Part shown: positions 7,580 through 9,203 of the stretch, piece by piece
Layout of the letters: each line of letters begins with the position of its first letter
Position numbering within the stretch: the first letter of the stretch is position 1
DNA from: a virus
Taxonomy: Duplodnaviria; Heunggongvirae; Uroviricota; Caudoviricetes
Direction: 5' to 3' (one strand)
IMG/VR virus record: IMGVR_UViG_2548876962_000017
Length of the DNA stretch: 9,203 nt
The notes under the pieces: model-generated
The model's database searches: none
Told to the model about the DNA's origin: nothing
Seen by the model: the letters and a program-made list of their open reading frames with translations, nothing else
Position numbers and translations under genes: made by a program

Positions 7580-8047
7580 ATGATGATGATTTTTGGCATG
7601 TTTGTGTTTGAACTGAAAACGCTGCCGCATCAGCAGATCCAGCAGAGCAAAACATGGCGACATGTGAGAAATGAGCGAATCAACCGTTCTGCGGCCTGGC
7701 AGTATATCGGTGCGGGTGATGACCAGATCACGTTGTCCGGCATGTTGTATCCCGAAATTACCGGCGGGGAGGTGTCGCTGACACTGCTGAACACCCAGGC
7801 CTACACCGGATGCCCCTGGCCGCTGATTGATGGCACCGGGCAGATTTACGGGATGTACGTGATTACGGGATTACAGACCACCCGTTCCGAGCTGGATCGT
7901 TACGGAAAGGCAAAAAAGATTGAGTTCTCCATCAGCTTTCAGCGGTGTGATGAGGATATGAGGGAGAAACTTCAGTCTGCTTCTGCAGGCGAACTGCTCA
8001 ACAGTATGAAGAGCAGAGCTGCATCCGTTCTCAATTCAGTTTTGTGA
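7580..8047 (+). CDS. U: Tail protein gpU (P2 gpU family, tail terminator-like)
   Basis: MMMIFGMFVFELKTLP...WRHVRNERINRSAA...LYPEITGG...WPLIDGTGQIYGMYVI...KIEFSISF matches the P2 gpU pattern. Start is ATG 7580 with AGGAG at 7569-7573, 155 aa. The track start GTG 7553 lies inside the T 3' end. Confidence 0.9.
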   Translation: MMMIFGMFVFELKTLPHQQIQQSKTWRHVRNERINRSAAWQYIGAGDDQITLSGMLYPEITGGEVSLTLLNTQAYTGCPWPLIDGTGQIYGMYVITGLQTTRSELDRYGKAKKIEFSISFQRCDEDMREKLQSASAGELLNSMKSRAASVLNSVL

Positions 8048-8051
8048 CCCG

Positions 8052-8085
8052 AAAAAAAGCCCGCCGCCCAGTCCTGACGGCGGGC
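8052..8085 (-). terminator. Intrinsic terminator between convergent gpU and tfa genes (strongest for the - strand transcript)
   Basis: Perfect 8-bp GC stem gcccgccg (8059-8066) / cggcgggc (8078-8085) with an 11-nt loop. The A7 run at 8052-8058 is a U7 tract immediately 3' of the hairpin on the - strand; on the + strand no U-tract follows. Confidence 0.6.
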
Positions 8086-8127
8086 ATACTGAACACCCAG
8101 CCAGTGTGTCTGTAAAGTGAGATTATG

Positions 8128-8772
8128 TCACTGAATCGTACTTGTGAAGGTTTGCGTATCGGTGTTTGTATTTTCGCCGGGAATGTCGGGCCAGATAATC
8201 GCCTCAACGTCCGCTTTGTTGGCGATGCTTGTGAAATCCAGTGCGTTCAGTGCGTCAACGTAGTCAAGCCACGCATCCAGTGATGCCTGCTCGTTTTCCG
8301 TCAGTGAACGGCCAAGCAGCAATTTTGTCTGGCTGATAACAAGCTGCTGGCGTGCGCTGTTGAGTAGCGAATCACGCCTGGTTTCCGCCGCTGCGACTGC
8401 GGCACTGCGCTGTGCTTCCGTATCCGTCACCCATGCTGTGCCGTTCCACTTCTGAAACTCCCCTTCCGGGGATAACCAGGTGACATTTTCCGGTAATGGG
8501 CCAGGTTCAGAAATAAATAACGCATCTCCTGTGCCCACGTCGTAAACTGTTTTACCCCGATGGTCTTCAACGAGATGCCACGATGCCTCATCACTGTTGA
8601 AAACAGCCACGAAACCAGCCGGAATATCTGGCGGTGCAATATCGGTACTGTTTGCTGGCAGACCTGTATGAGGCGGAATATATGCATCACCTTCACCAAT
8701 AAATTCATTGGTTCCCGGCAGCAGATTATAAATTTTTATGGTCTGTGGTTGTTCACTCATTCTGAATACCAT
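8128..8772 (-). CDS. tfa: Tail fiber assembly protein (Tfa family, TfaR/TfaE-like N-terminal domain)
   Basis: N-terminus [54 protein letters not shown]... closely resembles lambdoid/e14/Rac Tfa proteins. Its start ATG overlaps the tail fiber stop (TAATG) with GAGG 8 nt upstream. 214 aa. Confidence 0.9.
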   Translation of the reverse strand: MVFRMSEQPQTIKIYNLLPGTNEFIGEGDAYIPPHTGLPANSTDIAPPDIPAGFVAVFNSDEASWHLVEDHRGKTVYDVGTGDALFISEPGPLPENVTWLSPEGEFQKWNGTAWVTDTEAQRSAAVAAAETRRDSLLNSARQQLVISQTKLLLGRSLTENEQASLDAWLDYVDALNALDFTSIANKADVEAIIWPDIPGENTNTDTQTFTSTIQ

Positions 8773-9203
8773 TATGCAAGCCTCACAATATAGTTAAATG
8801 CGATGTTTTTTACGGTGTTTTCCGCGTTGCCATAAGCAGCAATGGCAATGGTGTGTGTGTGCGAACCAATAGCGAGCGTATGTGTATGCGCACCTATTGC
8901 TACTGTGTGAGTATGAGCTCCTGCGCTTAATACGCGATTACTTGCTGTCTTGCTTGTGTTAGTTGCATGCATTCCACCACCGGTACCGGGAGTTTCTGCG
9001 TACGCTGAAGTATTGTTGTAAGCAAAGTTGTGTGTATGTGCTCCGGTGTTATTTGTGGATTTAGTTCCGTAATCAAACGACGATGTGGTTTTCGTTCCCA
9101 AATCCGTACTGGATGCGCTGGCGCTGTGGGTATGCGATTTAATGCCATCCTGTTCCTGAGACAATACGGCACGACCACTGGCGGGCTTGCCCTTAATCGT
9201 CCA
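8772..9203 (-). CDS. Tail fiber protein, C-terminal (receptor-binding) portion; 5' end lies beyond the window
   Basis: The frame is open from the window edge (9203) to TAA at 8774..8772. The track's M at 9164 is an internal TTG. The C-terminus ...[49 protein letters not shown] is the characteristic end of Stf/gpH-type side tail fibers. Confidence 0.85.
   Translation of the reverse strand, partial: WTIKGKPASGRAVLSQEQDGIKSHTHSASASSTDLGTKTTSSFDYGTKSTNNTGAHTHNFAYNNTSAYAETPGTGGGMHATNTSKTASNRVLSAGAHTHTVAIGAHTHTLAIGSHTHTIAIAAYGNAENTVKNIAFNYIVRLA
8840..8920 (-). repeat. Three imperfect tandem 27-bp repeats encoding (G/S)(A/S)HTHT(V/L/I)AI nonapeptides
   Basis: + strand units caatggcaatggtgtgtgtgtgcgaac / caatagcgagcgtatgtgtatgcgcac / ctattgctactgtgtgagtatgagctc, within the tail fiber C-terminal coding region. 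Confidence 0.6.

Noticed and set aside
6856-7599. 247-aa - strand ORF, plus other ORFs nested in the tape measure gene (4599-4934, 4670-5011, 5358-5711, 6036-6557, 6154-6462, 6639-7103 and similar)
   Set aside because: All lie inside the tape measure coding region on the opposite strand or in alternate frames, with low-complexity Arg/Pro/Ser-rich translations and no ribosome-binding sites.
8427-8793. ORFs 8427-8708 (-) and 8560-8793 (+) inside tfa
   Set aside because: Alternate-frame or antisense overlaps of the Tfa gene, with no supporting features.
1-9203. Search for tRNA or tmRNA genes, CRISPR repeats, IS element ends, integrase or invertase genes
   Set aside because: No cloverleaf-compatible T-arm/acceptor pattern, no regularly spaced direct repeats, no terminal inverted repeats flanking a transposase-like ORF, and no recombinase-like ORF. 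The only tandem repeat is the coding 27-bp repeat in the tail fiber gene.

Overview
This window is the tail-morphogenesis end of a P2-like (Peduovirus-type) myovirus prophage, probably in an enterobacterial host. On the + strand sit tail sheath (FI), tail tube (FII), chaperone gpE with its -1 frameshift extension E+E', a 1022-1034 aa tape measure (T) and gpU. On the - strand sit gpD and an Ogr/Delta zinc-finger late activator to the left, and a Tfa-type tail fiber assembly gene plus the 3' part of a tail fiber gene to the right. Relative to the canonical P2 order (H-G-FI-FII-E-T-U-D-ogr, one strand), the FI-to-U block is therefore inverted in place. Left of ogr there is an intact 46-codon Hok/Gef-family type I toxin gene that falls below the ORF-track size cutoff, followed by a bidirectional terminator. 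I found no tRNA, rRNA, CRISPR array or IS element. Most remaining ORFs in the track are antisense or alternate-frame artefacts inside the GC-rich tail genes. All homology statements are from reading the translations against remembered family features; no searches were run.
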